Source: Macrostomum lignano
Lineage: Eukaryota
NCBI GenBank assembly: GCA_002269645.1
Contig: NIVC01001708.1
Span: 1-64,000 of the forward strand
Length of the DNA stretch: 64,000 bases
Direction of reading: 5' to 3'
Shown here piece after piece: positions 23,972 through 36,866 of this stretch. Numbering within the stretch: position 1 is the stretch's first letter; each line of letters starts with the position of its first letter. The translations under genes and the position numbers were made by a program. The notes below the pieces were generated by a model. That model worked only from the letters and a program-made list of their open reading frames with translations, had not been told where the DNA came from and searched no databases.

Positions 23972-24155
23972 CTGGATTTGTTGTTAATTGCTTTGACTCT
24001 CGGACACCTCTTTTGCATTTCTGGTCCTAAGAATCGGTGACATGAACTAGAGGGACTCCAAATGGGACTCCGGCTACCATTAGAGGTATTTTAGAAGAAG
24101 GGGTTGAAATAGTTCAAAAGAGTTGAACTAGCTGAAGATGTCTCAACAGACCTAC

Positions 24156-24440
24156 CTGATCGACCACACCGAATCGACCTTTGCCCAACACTCGCACAGT
24201 CTGCAATTCTGTCGCCTTTAGCTCGATATCGGCGCCATTGTGTCGGATAGTGGTGAGGTCGCTCAGCGGCTGGTCATTAGCCAGGGGCACAGGCAGCGGC
24301 TGCTGTGACAGGGCCAGAGGCACCGGCAGCATGGGAGGCCTGGAGCTGGCGCGGAGCCTGCCGCCTGCGCCGCTGCTGGCTCGGCTGCTGCTGCCGCTGC
24401 CGCTGCCGCTGCCGCCATTTTCAAGGCTTTGCTGACTAGC
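24156..24440 (-). CDS. MAP2K exon with D-site-like segment and Gly loop; upstream exon not located
   Basis: Acceptor tttcag|GCT, open frame ASQQSLENGGSGS...RLRASSRPPMLPVPL...LGKGRFGVVDQ, donor CAG|GTAGG. Confidence 0.85.
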
Positions 24441-26354
24441 CTGAAAGACAAAACGTTTGACTAAAAATCACTAATTAATTAGAAATTCCCTTTAGAGTTT
24501 GGCAAAATAAATCTATATTTCCTTAGCACAGTACCTGTGAAATGATTTGTTAAATAAGCCTATGGGCCACATGTGCCTTGCAAAGCCTCTTTATTTAGCC
24601 CTTTGGGTCCTTTGAAACTTCATAGTTGCAATCTGGCCCACTTAATATCCATGTCTCTTCTCTCTCATCTCTACTTTCATTTTGCCTATCCTTTCATTGT
24701 CCATCTCTTTTTTTCTTTGATCTTTTTCCTTACCTCTTAATCTAGCCCACAGTCATGAGTTAGATTACTTATCTAGCTCCAGATATAAAAAAGTTTAAAT
24801 ATAGCTATGGATACAGTTATGGATATTGAGGTTTTGAGGCAAAACATACACTATAAATTATAACTATAAGTAGGCATGACAATGGCCAGTTGCAAAGTAT
24901 AATTATAAGGAAAAAATAAAATACCTAGTTGGAAGTGGCTGCAAGCAATACTTTTTGGTCCTTTACTGGCTACATACAACCTACTACTTCTAGACCACTT
25001 TTAGACAACATTTGATTTACATTATATGGATATAAATACAGTTACACTTACAGGAGTGCATATTTCTTATATCTAATAGGCCTAATATTGGCAAGTCAAT
25101 TACTAAGATGTTGAACTATTTTGGCTTACATAATTTTTCTTGTATATAGTAGTCTTTAATTGGACCATTTAATCTTTTGAGCTTATATATATAGCCCTAT
25201 GCAAAATATTTTTGCTAATAGTTTTACAATAAAAATATTAGGCTTCATGTGTGGCACACAGAGGTCTAGTTCCTTTTCTAAATATAACCTTGTTTATTGA
25301 TATACATATGAGCTAGTATATATTAAAGACTATTCTAGGAGCCCAAAATGCTAAAATAATAAATAAATTTTTTATGCATATTGCATTTCAACACAATTTT
25401 TTTAATTTAAAATATAACGCATATTTCACACATTTTCATTACATTATTTTCAAATGCATTTAAATGTGATTTTGTTGTACTACATTCATATATAGGTACT
25501 GCAGCTGTTGTTCAAGGTACAATATTATAGGAAGTTAAAATAGATATTAAAGAGATTTATACCCTGCCAAAAACTTCTAAAGTGGGATTGGTTGGCTTTA
25601 GTATTACATATTGGACAGCTTTTTCTTGTCTTTAATCACATAGTGGATTTTCTATTATTTTCTATTTAATTTGCTAGGCTATGAATAAAAATGGCTAGTG
25701 CTTTTTCTCAATCATCAGGAAGATGTTCAAAGAGGGTATCAAAGCCTCCTGAAAGAATAATGAATGAAAGCTTCAACTCTTAATATATTTTGTTTTATTG
25801 ATAAAAGACAAAAACCTACCATGACTTTGGTTGAAGAAGTGTTGCACTGAAGCTAATTGTCTTTGTAAGTATATTTGTAAGTATATGGTTCCATATCTTC
25901 TTCCTTGTTCTTCTTCTTTTTAACTTTTATTTGTTAGGCTATTTTTGACTCAATACAAATTCTTTGGCCTAATTTTTTGCATCTATGTTTCCATTTGAAT
26001 TGGCCCTGCATCTATTTAATTGGTTATATTTTGGCATCCAATTTCAAGGTCATCAAAACTGTGACAGATTATTTTGGTTAAAAATGTTTATTTATTCATT
26101 ACAATCTATAGCCAAAGTTTATAAAGTTTATACTAGTTTATGAAGCTCTTCAAAATATGACAGTCTTATATGCTACATATGTTACATGCAAAATGTAACA
26201 ATGTGTCATTAAGGTATTGAATTTAATCAGCAGAGATTTGCATCTTACAATGTATAGTTCGTTTTTTTAATCTGACTTGGGCTTATTTTATGCCATCAAG
26301 TTTTAAAGTCTTAGTCTTTTATGCCATATTCCAGGCACATATAGACTATAGAAC

Positions 26355-27060
26355 ATGTATCAAAGCATTTCTTGCTTTAAAAATTTGCAGATCCAGGGTC
26401 TTTTTAAGTTTTTAAAGGTAGCATCTGACTTTCCAGAGGCTATTGGAGGGCAGACTCTCACTAAGATACTCTCTGAGTCCATCCAATATCATTTTGCCAA
26501 TGTTTTAGCCATGGAAAATGAGATTTCTGTCATTTTAACTATTTTGGATCCCTATTATTATGATCTTAGATTTCAAGGTGATCTTAACCCCATTGCGCAG
26601 GCTAATGAAATGGTACTCTAGCCACAATAGGCAACCTAAATGACAGTGGCAAGACTATCACTGCTAATGTTCCAAGTGGCTCCATTATGACTGCTAAAGA
26701 GAAGCACAGTGCATATGTATTTAAGATTGCAATGATTGGTCTTCTGGAGCAGTTGGTATATATAACTTACCATGGACGAATTCAATTTGGATGCAACAGG
26801 TTTTTGCAACTGATGAACTTGGTCACTATGTCTTAAAAGCTCTATTGGTCCAACCCAGGGATGCCAAGACTCAGATAGCCAATACTCTGTGCTAGTAGTC
26901 AATGAACCAATTTAATTACCCACAGCTGACAAATGTTGCATGCAAATATCTAGCTGTTCCACTATAAAGTGCAGATTTAAAGCAACTATTTAGCTCTAAA
27001 AGCCTCACTGTCATGGAGAAACAAAATAGGATATCACCTGAGACAGCTTAAATGCTTTTC
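26355..27060 (+). pseudogene. Fossil hAT (Ac/ZBED1-like) transposase C-terminal fragment
   Basis: LTILDP motif, then YPQLTNVACKYLAVPL*SADLKQLFSSKSLTVMEKQNRISPETA, resembling a decayed hAT dimerisation domain. Confidence 0.6.
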
Positions 27061-28238
27061 ATAATATATTGTAACTTGAATATTTAACAATAAGTATAAT
27101 ATTGACTCTATCAACATTGACATTATTTCATTATTTAGTATTTGCAAACATGTTTTGTTACATATCACACTACTTTACTATGTGTATTTCACTATTTCAC
27201 TTGTTCAACCTTGCAACTATAACTTTGAAGAGAAAATTGTTCAATGTTTAATATTCCAAGAAAATAGACAGTTTCTTTGTAAAACCAATAATCAATATGT
27301 AGCAGCCCTAGCTCGTGCCTACGTAAATTACGCGCATTATTTTTCTTATATTCTTACTTAGTCTATACATTACTTGCATAAATTCAATTACTCCACATTA
27401 AACACTATTTTTATATATAGTCATGTCTGTAGTGCTAAACCGAAATATTATTGTTATAATGTATACGCCATGATGGCAAAATTTACTATAAAAGCAAGCT
27501 AAAATATACGGTAGAAAATCATCCTTCTGACGTGCTTGGTATATGCAAGCTTCTATCCTATTCTCAAGCACTAGATGAACAGTTGTGCTAAAAATAGAAC
27601 TTAGATTCGTCAGTCTTCCTTCCTTAGAGAAGCGTACAATAGAGACGTACAGCCATTCCCTTTCCCTTGAGCGCTCCCCAGAGCGATCCAAGCCCGCGCA
27701 AACCCCCATCCCTTTGGATGTATAATAGTCCCAAGAAGCCCTTCGTGCGCTTCCCCAGACATAGTGATTGCCAAGCCCGCCCCGGCTAATTGTCCCTTAA
27801 TATTAGACTCTTGATTCCGCTACGTAATTCCCAATGAAGCAACTTGCCCTCCCTGCCAGCATTCCCTATTAATCATTAGAATTCCCCACTAGCGCGCCAG
27901 GCAACTCTAATCCACCACAAAGCCCTTACCTCCCCTATTAATATCCCCCCGGACTGAATAGAAACTGTCTTGCCGCTCGGACATACCATGCCACCAGGAG
28001 CAACCTACGGTTTACTCCTATTAGTAGTAGAATTAGTAGAATTAGTAGTAGAAACCCCATTATAACTTAGTGACAAACAGTGAGAGTAACTTATTAACAA
28101 ACATCCCTACAACAAAGCATAAAATAAAACTTCTCTCCCCCACGACCCCTACAACAAAATTGGTAGCAGCGGTAAAGGATTAGAATCTGGAGAAACGCGC
28201 ATCCCAGCTTAATTTCCCATCCCAATCCCTGAAGTATA

Positions 28239-29203
28239 ATGGCCGCAGGAATTAATGAAGCCCTAGGACTCTTAGCCGAAGAGCTCCGTAATCGATTAGA
28301 ACTAGGTCCCCTTAGGCATGTAAAGATCCAGAAATATGTCCCCAGCCAAGATATTAGAATATGGCTCACTGCATTTGACCAGCGATGTGAGAATGAGGGC
28401 ATCAAAGAAGAAAACCAAAAGCAGGAATTGCTGACTAACTTAGATCTAAGCACTGCATTTGCAGCAGTCCAATGCCTCAACCTCCCAGCTAATCTCCCCT
28501 ATGAAGAATTTAAGGAAAGACTGATAGAGAGATTTGAAAAAGTAGGAAGCTCTGCTGAATTCCGCGAAGAGTTCCAAAATCATTGTCAAGGTAGGAATGA
28601 GTCCACCGACAGTTTTGCTGATGCCCTGATTGAATTAGCCTCCCATACATTCCTAAATATGGATGCTGAGCAAAGAGAGGAAGAACTGATCGAGCAGTTC
28701 ATCAAAGGTGTGAGAACCCCTCCCGACACCCACGAAAAGCTATTTTTTGCCAAACCTGCTAGTCTTTAAGCCACCCATAGAATGTTGCGCAGAATTGAAG
28801 CTGCTTACCAGATGTCCCATAAAGGAGGAATTAGAGTAACAAAGGATGAGAAAGAGGAGCACAAGGTCAGAACCAATCAGTTGATCATTGACCAATAGAC
28901 CAAGATTGATCCCAAGAGAAACTCATCCAGAATTTGCAGAAGCAATTAGCCGAAACAGCGCAATGCGCCCCGCCATCTCAAGTATTTCCCCAGCAGCAGT
29001 ACAGGCAGCCACCCCCTCAGCAGTACAGGCAGCCAAACCCCCAGCTGTACAGACAGCCACCTCAGCAGCAGTACAGGCCCCAGCTGATGAACCAACCGCC
29101 AAGGCGTGAACCCCCAAGAAGGAATGAGCGTCAGCCCCCTAACCCGAGATATGAGCCGCTGAATTTCCGTAACACCCGCAACCTCCAGAATCCGGGAAAC
29201 TGA
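28239..29203 (+). pseudogene. Gypsy-2 gag, disrupted
   Basis: DIRIWLTAFDQRC...CQGRNESTDSFADAL...FIKGV; premature stop at 28767; Q/P-rich tail ending PGN-stop on GGGAAAC. Confidence 0.85.
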
Positions 29204-29699
29204 GTAGCCAGGGTCAAGAAGAGGCCACGCCCCTCAGGCCAAAATTCTGCTTACTCTCTGGCCTCCCCATCATTCAAAAACGCCCCCCAGCCAAGATACC
29301 GGCAACCTCCCCAGTATGGTTTCCGCTATCCCTGAAAAACCTCCCATGTACAGCCAATGCCTGTAAATAATGCAATATCTACCTCCCCAACAATTTCTCA
29401 CTACTTGCTTGCGACGAAATTGATGACGTCACGCCAATTGCCCCCATGACTCCCATGTGTACAATGCCCCCCATGCGACTACAGCTCATGCAACTGCTCC
29501 TCATGTAACCAACGCGACTAAAGTTCATGTACATCATGTGTTCATACCCCATGTACCCACTGCGCTTGCACCCCATGTATCCCATGCGATTAAAACCAAT
29601 AATGCTTTATTTAGTGCTGAAACCCGCTCAAAGAAGCGACAAAAGCCAAAGCCCAATTCCCTATCCTGAATCGACCTGACTAAGCTAGAAGGTTATGAA

Positions 29700-32600
29700 G
29701 CTGTAATTGTTAGCAATATCCAGAAAGAATCGATTGATTTCTTGCTAGAAACAGGCGCCAGAAATAATATCCTGAGCTGCTCAACCTGGTCTAAGCTATT
29801 CCGTTCCGATCAAATCCAAGACACTAGCAAAAGCATTAGTACATTTGACAGTACCCCAGTCCAATTAGAAGGAGAAGTATCCGCCCAAGAGAAGTTTGGT
29901 GATATCCAGATAGAAGTTGATTTCCTCCTATGCCGACATGATTGCGACAATATTTTAGGAATGGAATTTTTCTTATCCCAATGCAAAAGCATTCAGCTAG
30001 CCAAAGGAATGCTAGTGCTTAATGAAGGTACCTGTATACCCATGCAGTATACCCGCCTACCCGTGAAAGTTTGCCGTGTTTATACTCAAGAAAGAACAAT
30101 CATCCCAGCTAATAGTGCTCTCCGAATACCCGTGAAATTAGCCAAGAATTGCGAATCGAATTATGGCACCCCCATGACCATTGAAGCCATTGGCGATACT
30201 GACCAAACCCATGATTTCTCGTTAGAAATGGTTCCAACACTAGTAACTATGAAAGAAGGCAAAGGAATTGTTGAAATTATTAACCGCCACCCTGTAGACG
30301 TGAATCTAACTAAATAAAACTTCCCTAATTGGCCTAGCCAGACCCATGAAAGCTAGACCTGACCTATTGGCAAACCCCAACTCCCAACCCCCAACCCTCT
30401 GCAAAAGTCAACCAGACTCAATGTACTGAAGATTCCTGAATTAATGAAGTGAGCCTTGGCCCTGAATTATTGAATGAACAGCGTAAAGCAGTCATCGACT
30501 TAATGAAAGAAAACCGTGAAGCTTTTTCCCAGAACGAATTAGACATGGGCCTGACACACTTAGTAACCCACGAAATCTTTATTAAAGACCCCACTCCCAT
30601 TAGAATCCCAGCTAGACGCATCCCCCCGCACTTGCAAAAGCAAGTTGACGCCCAATTAGATGATATGCTAGCCAAGAACCTAATTAGACCCTGCTACTCA
30701 ACCTACTCCACATCCCTAGTAATTGTCCCCAAGAAAGATGGTTCCATCAGAATCGTTAGCGATTTCCGAGTGCTCAACTCAAGAGTTAATTACTACCCCT
30801 ACCCCCTCCCCAATATCCAAGAGACCTTCTCCCACCTAACTGGTAGCCAATATTTTAGCAGCCTAGACTTAAATTCAGGATACTGGCAAGTCCCCATCAA
30901 AGAAGAAGATAAGCATAGAACCGCCTTCTCCACCCTAACTAGAGGCCAATTTGAATACCAAGTGATGGCCCAAGGACTTTCCAATGCCCCCGGAACCTTC
31001 CAATGTCTAATGAATTTAGTCCTATTAGGAATCCAACATAAGTTTACCATGTCCTATATAGACGACATAATAATGGTCGGTTTTGCCAACCATTTAGATC
31101 ATTTAAGAGAAGTGTTTAAGCGACTAATTGCCGCAGGTCTAAAGCTGAGACCCAAAAAGTGCAATCTTTTCCATCACGAGTTAAAGTACTTAGGACACCT
31201 GATTGGCCGTCAAGGCATTCAAACAGACAAGACAAAGATTGAAGCAATCCAAACTTGGCCCCGTCCCAAGGACGTAAAAGAACTACGCAGTTTTCTTGGC
31301 CTATGCAACTATTATTGCCGATTTGTGAAAAATTATGTCGAAGTGGCTCACCCCCTATTCCAATTGACTTGGAAAGGAGTTCAGAATTTCCAATCTAAGT
31401 GGAGCAAGTGCATGACGAAGCCTTTGAGTCCCTGAAGCAGCGAATGATATCCACTGAAGTGTTAGCCTACCCCGAATTTGTCGATGATGAGAATGTGAAG
31501 ATAGTGCTCGACACAGATGCCAGTGACGACAGGATTGGCGCATGCCTTGGCCAAATCCAGAGTGATGGCATAGAGCGACCAATAGCCTTTTTTAGTAGAG
31601 CAATGAAGGAATCAGAGAAGCGTTACCCCATTACTTGGAAAGAATTGTTAGCCCTTGTCGACGCTATGAGGCATTTCAGATTTTATCTGATCGGCAAGAA
31701 ATTCTTAGCCTGAACTGATCATAAAGCGATAATTTGGCTCATGAGACAGACAGAAGCAATCGGAATCCTAGGTAGATGGATAGAGCATCTAAATGAATAA
31801 ACGAACGACATTAACACAGAAGCAGCGCAAAGCATTCCAATGCCGACAGATTGTCGCGAAGACCAGCTAAGATAGCTGAAGCCCCTGAAGTATCCCCTGA
31901 AGCAGCCCCGAACTTGCTGAAACAGCACCTGAAGTCCCTGACGCAGCCCCTGAGCCTGCTGAAGCGATCCCTGAAGCATCTGAAGAAAATTTTGAAAAAA
32001 CTGAGCCAATCCCTGAGAAAGTTGAGAAGTTGACCCCTGTTCCCCTGAGAGATGAGAGCGCTCCTGCTGAAACTAAGGACAACCCCATGTCCTAGTCACC
32101 TGAAGCCCTGACAGAAAGCGAGACTGAGCCTGAATGTCCCAAATCTAGGACAAAGCTAATTGTCTCAGGTAGAAAAGTAGATGAAAGAGAAGAAGAAACA
32201 GGAAAGTGTGAGAAGTTGTTAACTGATTATCTCCCCTGCCCCCTGAAGAAAGAACAGATTGAAGAAGTCCAAGCTGCTAACCCCATCATCAAAGCTCTGC
32301 TAGAAGCCAAGAAACAGAAGTTGAGCCAATTTCCCAAATCACCAGACGTGCCAGAAAAGATCAGTAAACATTTCGAACTGATGAAAATTGATAACAAATT
32401 ATTGACAATTGCCGAAGACGGAAAAAACAAAATAGTTTTGCCCCCATCCCTAGACAAAGCAGTTTTTATTGACTTACACTGCAGCCCCCTCACAGGATAT
32501 TGAAGTGAAACGAAGGCGCCGTTAGCAAGAGGATGGGAGAAATCAGCCGACACGCGCGTGATGCGTGAACAAGCATCCAGCCTTGGCAGCAACTCCCCAG

Positions 32601-35452
32601 ATGCACAAGATCTGCATGCCTAAAAATAGTCCTGATGATCGACGAGCAAGAAGCCCAGCCATGCGACCCTCGCGTGATGCATGCACAACCTCTGACCGAC
32701 ACTGCCTATTGGGCCTCGAAATCCCACTCTCTCCCCTACTGCTCCTATTCCTCGTTGCTCGCGTACAGTGTGCTAGCTTATAAAATATACTGATTGAAGA
32801 GGAAAGATCCTCGCCTGAAGTTTGAGAATGTGACTCTAGAGATCACACAGAGAAAGTTACCATCGAGGTCCATTGTTCGTTGTCTTCCTGAACTGTTGGC
32901 AGAAGGAAACGATAATATGGGAAAAAGCCATATAAATTGTCGTTTCAATTGGTTCCCTGACTGCGTGAGTCGCCGCTAGACAGAAGTCTCAGATACCATG
33001 CAGTTATCGCTCTGCTGCATGTCTTCAACAGCCATTCGAATGAATCGAGAACTGAGACTTTCCTGCCTTCAGTAAAGGAAGACTTCGAACTAAACAAGAC
33101 CAATGGACGAAGATCAAAAAGCGACACAGTTTACCCTTCCAAGAAGAAACTTTCGTTGAGAGATCTACACAATCAATTTGGTCAAGACGGTATTTTTCCG
33201 ACGTCATATTTAACTGCAATGTACCTTCAGCCAGCATCCCGATCTGACTGTCTACCAGACGCTGTTTCAATTTGTCGAGTCTCCGTGTCCAGTCCTATTT
33301 GCGTCACTGTTTAGGGCATCGAAAAGCCCATTCAATTTGTCGAGTTTCCGAGTTCACGTCAATCCCCCTCTCAGATCTGATTAAATAGTCAAGAGGATAT
33401 GCTGGTACAATTCATCCACTGTTGTCACAAGTTCACTTTGCCCTTTGACCAAATTTCGTATTTCAACAACATCAACTCAACTGCAAGTTACCAAGTGGGA
33501 CTGCGTATCGCAAGCAAATGCACAACTGTACGCCATGTCATCATTGCTCCAAGCTTATTTTCAACAGAGCTCGGAGGGCCTCGCTTCCCTGAAAAAAGAG
33601 CGACTGAAGTGAAACGAAGGCGCCGTTAGCAAGAGGATGGGAGAAATCAGCCGACACGCGCGTGATGCGTGAACAAGCATCCAGCCTTGGCAGCAACTCC
33701 CCAGATGCACAAGATCTGCATGCCTAAAAATAGTCCTGATGATCGACGAGCAAGAAGCCCAGCCATGCGACCCTCGCGTGATGCATGCACAACCTCTGAC
33801 CGACACTGCCTATTGGGCCTCGAAATCCCACTCTCTCCCCCTACTGCTCCTATTCCTCGTTGCTCGCGTACAGTGTGCTAGCTTATAAAATATACTGATT
33901 GAAGAAGAAAGATCCTCGCCTGAAGTTTGAGAATGTGACTCTAGAGATCACACAGAGAAAGTTACCATCGAGGTCCATTGTTCGTTGTCTTCCTGAACTG
34001 TTGGCAGAAGGAAACGATAATATGGGAAAAAGCCATATAAATTGTCGTTTCAATATCTAGGAAGAGATAAGACGCTCCAGAGAATAAGAGAAAGATTTTG
34101 GCGACCCGGACTGAGCACTTCTGTTGAGCAGTTAATTGCTGAGTGCATCCCCTGCCTTGAGAGCAAGAAAGGACACTTTGTTCAGGCCCCAGTCCAGTCA
34201 TTCCCCATTGGCGAAGCATTTAGCCGCCTGCCACCATTTAGCCATCCTGACAGTTGTTGATAGCACAACTAGATATCCCTTTGCTTTTCCCATTAGAAAT
34301 CAAAAATCAGACACAGTCATCAAGATACTACTGGAACAAATAGTAGCAGAATATGGACAGCCCACCTGGATCCACACAGACAATGGAAAAACTTTCGCCA
34401 GCAAACAATTTAAAGCTTTCTGTGAACTTTACAATATTCGCCATACCTTCACTACCCCCTACCATGCTCAATCTAACGGATTAGTAGAACGTTTTAACAA
34501 GCAAATTAAATCAATTATCACCTGCTTGATCAATAAGGATCATGGTGATTGGGACTTACTAATTCCCGCAGCCCTAGTAGCCATTCGCACCAGCCCCAAT
34601 GTAACAACAGGGTTCTCCCCGCATTTTCTATTATTTGGCAGAGAAGCTACTTTACCCTTAGATACTCAAATCAGAAGCGCAACCGAACACGCCGATTACC
34701 CCTCTTATATTACCAAACATGCCGAAAGATTAGAAGAAGCCCACAAAGTAGTAAGGAAGAAATTGGAAAAGATAGTTGACAAGAGAAAGACTGCTGCAGA
34801 AACCAATAAGCTCCCTCCGAGAGTCCCCATAGGTTGCCTTGCTTTAATTAATAATCCCCAATTAGACGCCGAAGAATCACACAAGTTCCATAGAAAGAAG
34901 CGATCAGAATTTTGAGTTATAGCCCAAATTTCCAAAGTCGTATTTAAGATCCAGAAGGAAGAAGATGGCAAACTGATTGGCAGAGAAATGCTAGTGCATA
35001 GAGACAATTTAACACCTGTGCCTAACTCCACCACAGAGCTTTTACTTAAGGGAAGCCAGGAGGATGCTCCCGCCCTTGTTTCTGCCCCTGTTTCCGCTTC
35101 CGCTCCTATCCCCATCTCTACCTTTGTTATCGCCCTTACCCCCACCTCAACTAAACCCAAGAGGAAACTCCCAGTCAAAGAAAGCAACCCCCACCAGAAT
35201 CTACCAAAATCAATACCCGAACCCGAAATAATTGAATCAGAAGAATCATCTGACAAAGAAGAAATAAATTGGCAATGTCTACTAAGAGAAGACAGCCGCA
35301 AAGAGATAGAAGAAGAATTGCCTGAAGCTCCGACAGAAGAGGAAGCAAGCGATGACTCAGAGAGTGAAGCCCCGAATGAAGAAACCAATCCCTTCCCCTC
35401 TTTCCTGCCCCGCGAGATCCCGAGCCCGCGCACACCCACCCCTACAATCTAA
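29700..35452 (+). pseudogene. Gypsy-2 pol (PR, RT, RH, IN) with stops, frameshifts and a TRIM insertion
   Basis: FLLETGA (decayed DTG), LDLNSGYWQV, YIDD, LDTDAS, LHCSPLTG[insert]LGRDKT...CIPC, IHTDNG, NGLVERFN. Confidence 0.92.
32501..34052 (+). mobile_element. TRIM-like non-autonomous LTR element inserted in the Gypsy-2 integrase
   Basis: LTRs 32501-32947 and 33605-34052 (1 substitution + 1 indel), TG...CA termini, TSD ATAT, PBS TGGTTCCCTGAC (tRNA-Glu), PPT AAAAAAGAG, 657-bp internal region with no recognisable coding sequence. Confidence 0.92.
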
Positions 35453-35823
35453 GGCGCCCAACCCAGGCCAGACAAAGATGCAACTGCCATCTAAAGCGCT
35501 TATTGACAGCCCTCAGTCTGTTGCGCAACCTCAAGTTTTAGCCCTCTCGCCATCCCCGATTGCGTGACTAACCCCAAATTTCACACAAAGAAGGAACTCA
35601 TCCTGGGCAATGTAAATGTATAAAGACCCCCTAAATTATCGACCCAAAACAAAACTAGAGTGCAAAGAAGATGAAAAACAGGATGAGTCACGAAAATGAG
35701 GAATCCAAAAGAATGGGAACAAAGAGAATAATAACCCCGACACTTAAACCCAAGATTACACAACAAGCAAACAAACTATTCTGTTACCCCGCTAATTATT
35801 GATCCAGCTATCTTGAATTCGAT

Positions 35824-36866
35824 ATGTCCGATAAAGCAGAGAAGTTAAGAAGGCTGCAAGATGAGTTGAGTTTAAGCATCAGTGACAAGGGAGAAATCAT
35901 CAGTGATGAGGAAAATGAGCTGCTGATCCCAGATCGACAGGCTACTCAACCCCAGCCGCCCGGACCAAAACCCCGCCTAGCTTCTGTGGTAACTCAACCA
36001 AGAGCGCCCCCAAGCACGACCCCGAAGGATCGCGCCGAACTATTGCGACGCCAGGCCGATACCCCAGTGTCAGTTCCCCCAGCCATGTCAAAATGCGACC
36101 ACCGAACAGCAAAACTGCCATCATGCTATCCCGGAGCCAGGCGCCCAGCACTAGCTACATGCATTGTTTGGGACCTCGCCAGCTGTCCTCGACCATTGCA
36201 ACGCCCCAGTCAAGACCGAAGTTGCCTGCCAAGCAGCCCCTAGCCCGGCAATCGATAGCTAAGAAGCCGCCGACAACTGCTTCGCCGCCCTGGCCAAGAT
36301 CACCAGTCCAACAGCCGCCAGCAGTTTTATCGTCCCGCAATCAGATACCAAGATCGAGATCCCCAGTCATGAGTCAGCCGCCGAGACAGCCTCCGTTGGT
36401 AATGCCACCCCCGCAATACAGCATGCGACCCCAACACCAGCCAGCCAATAGGTCGCCTGTTGCTCTGATACCATCATTGATGGATAACGCCGAGCATGAT
36501 CCCCTGCAGGAAACCGGTGGTGATTTCAGCATCGCGATCACGCAATTGCCCAGCTCTCAGCATGACGAGTACCGACGCCTGGCCAATAGCATAAAAGACT
36601 ACATCATTAGCATGGGGCGACTCCGCTTGGATGGCAGGCCCCTACCAACTAGAGAGGCACTGCGGCCCACGCTTCAGGCATTTCAGCAAATGCAGCTGTA
36701 TCAGGCTGTTGCTGCCTGGAAGCGGGCCGTAGCCTATGCGCTCCACAAGCTGAACAACGGCTGGACAAACTGTGCAAGTGTCTGCACTGAAGTACTATGG
36801 GTCGGCCTTGAGTGTGGCTGGCCATACCAGGATAGACTACCTACTGCTATGGTACAATATATGTGA
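35824..36866 (+). CDS. Extra ORF of unknown function in the env position of Gypsy-2 (~347 aa, one frameshift at ~36093)
   Basis: ORFs 35824-36243 and 36093-36866 overlap at an A run; acidic N-terminus, Pro/Ser/Gln-rich middle, globular-looking C-terminal ~125 aa. Confidence 0.6.

Noticed and set aside
24263-24451. Poly-Ala ORF MAAAAAAA as the MAP2K N-terminus needing a frameshift
   Set aside because: The adjacent frame is open from the splice acceptor through the kinase Gly loop, so no frameshift is needed
33025-33629. ORFs in the TRIM internal region
   Set aside because: Short, on both strands, with no gag or pol motifs
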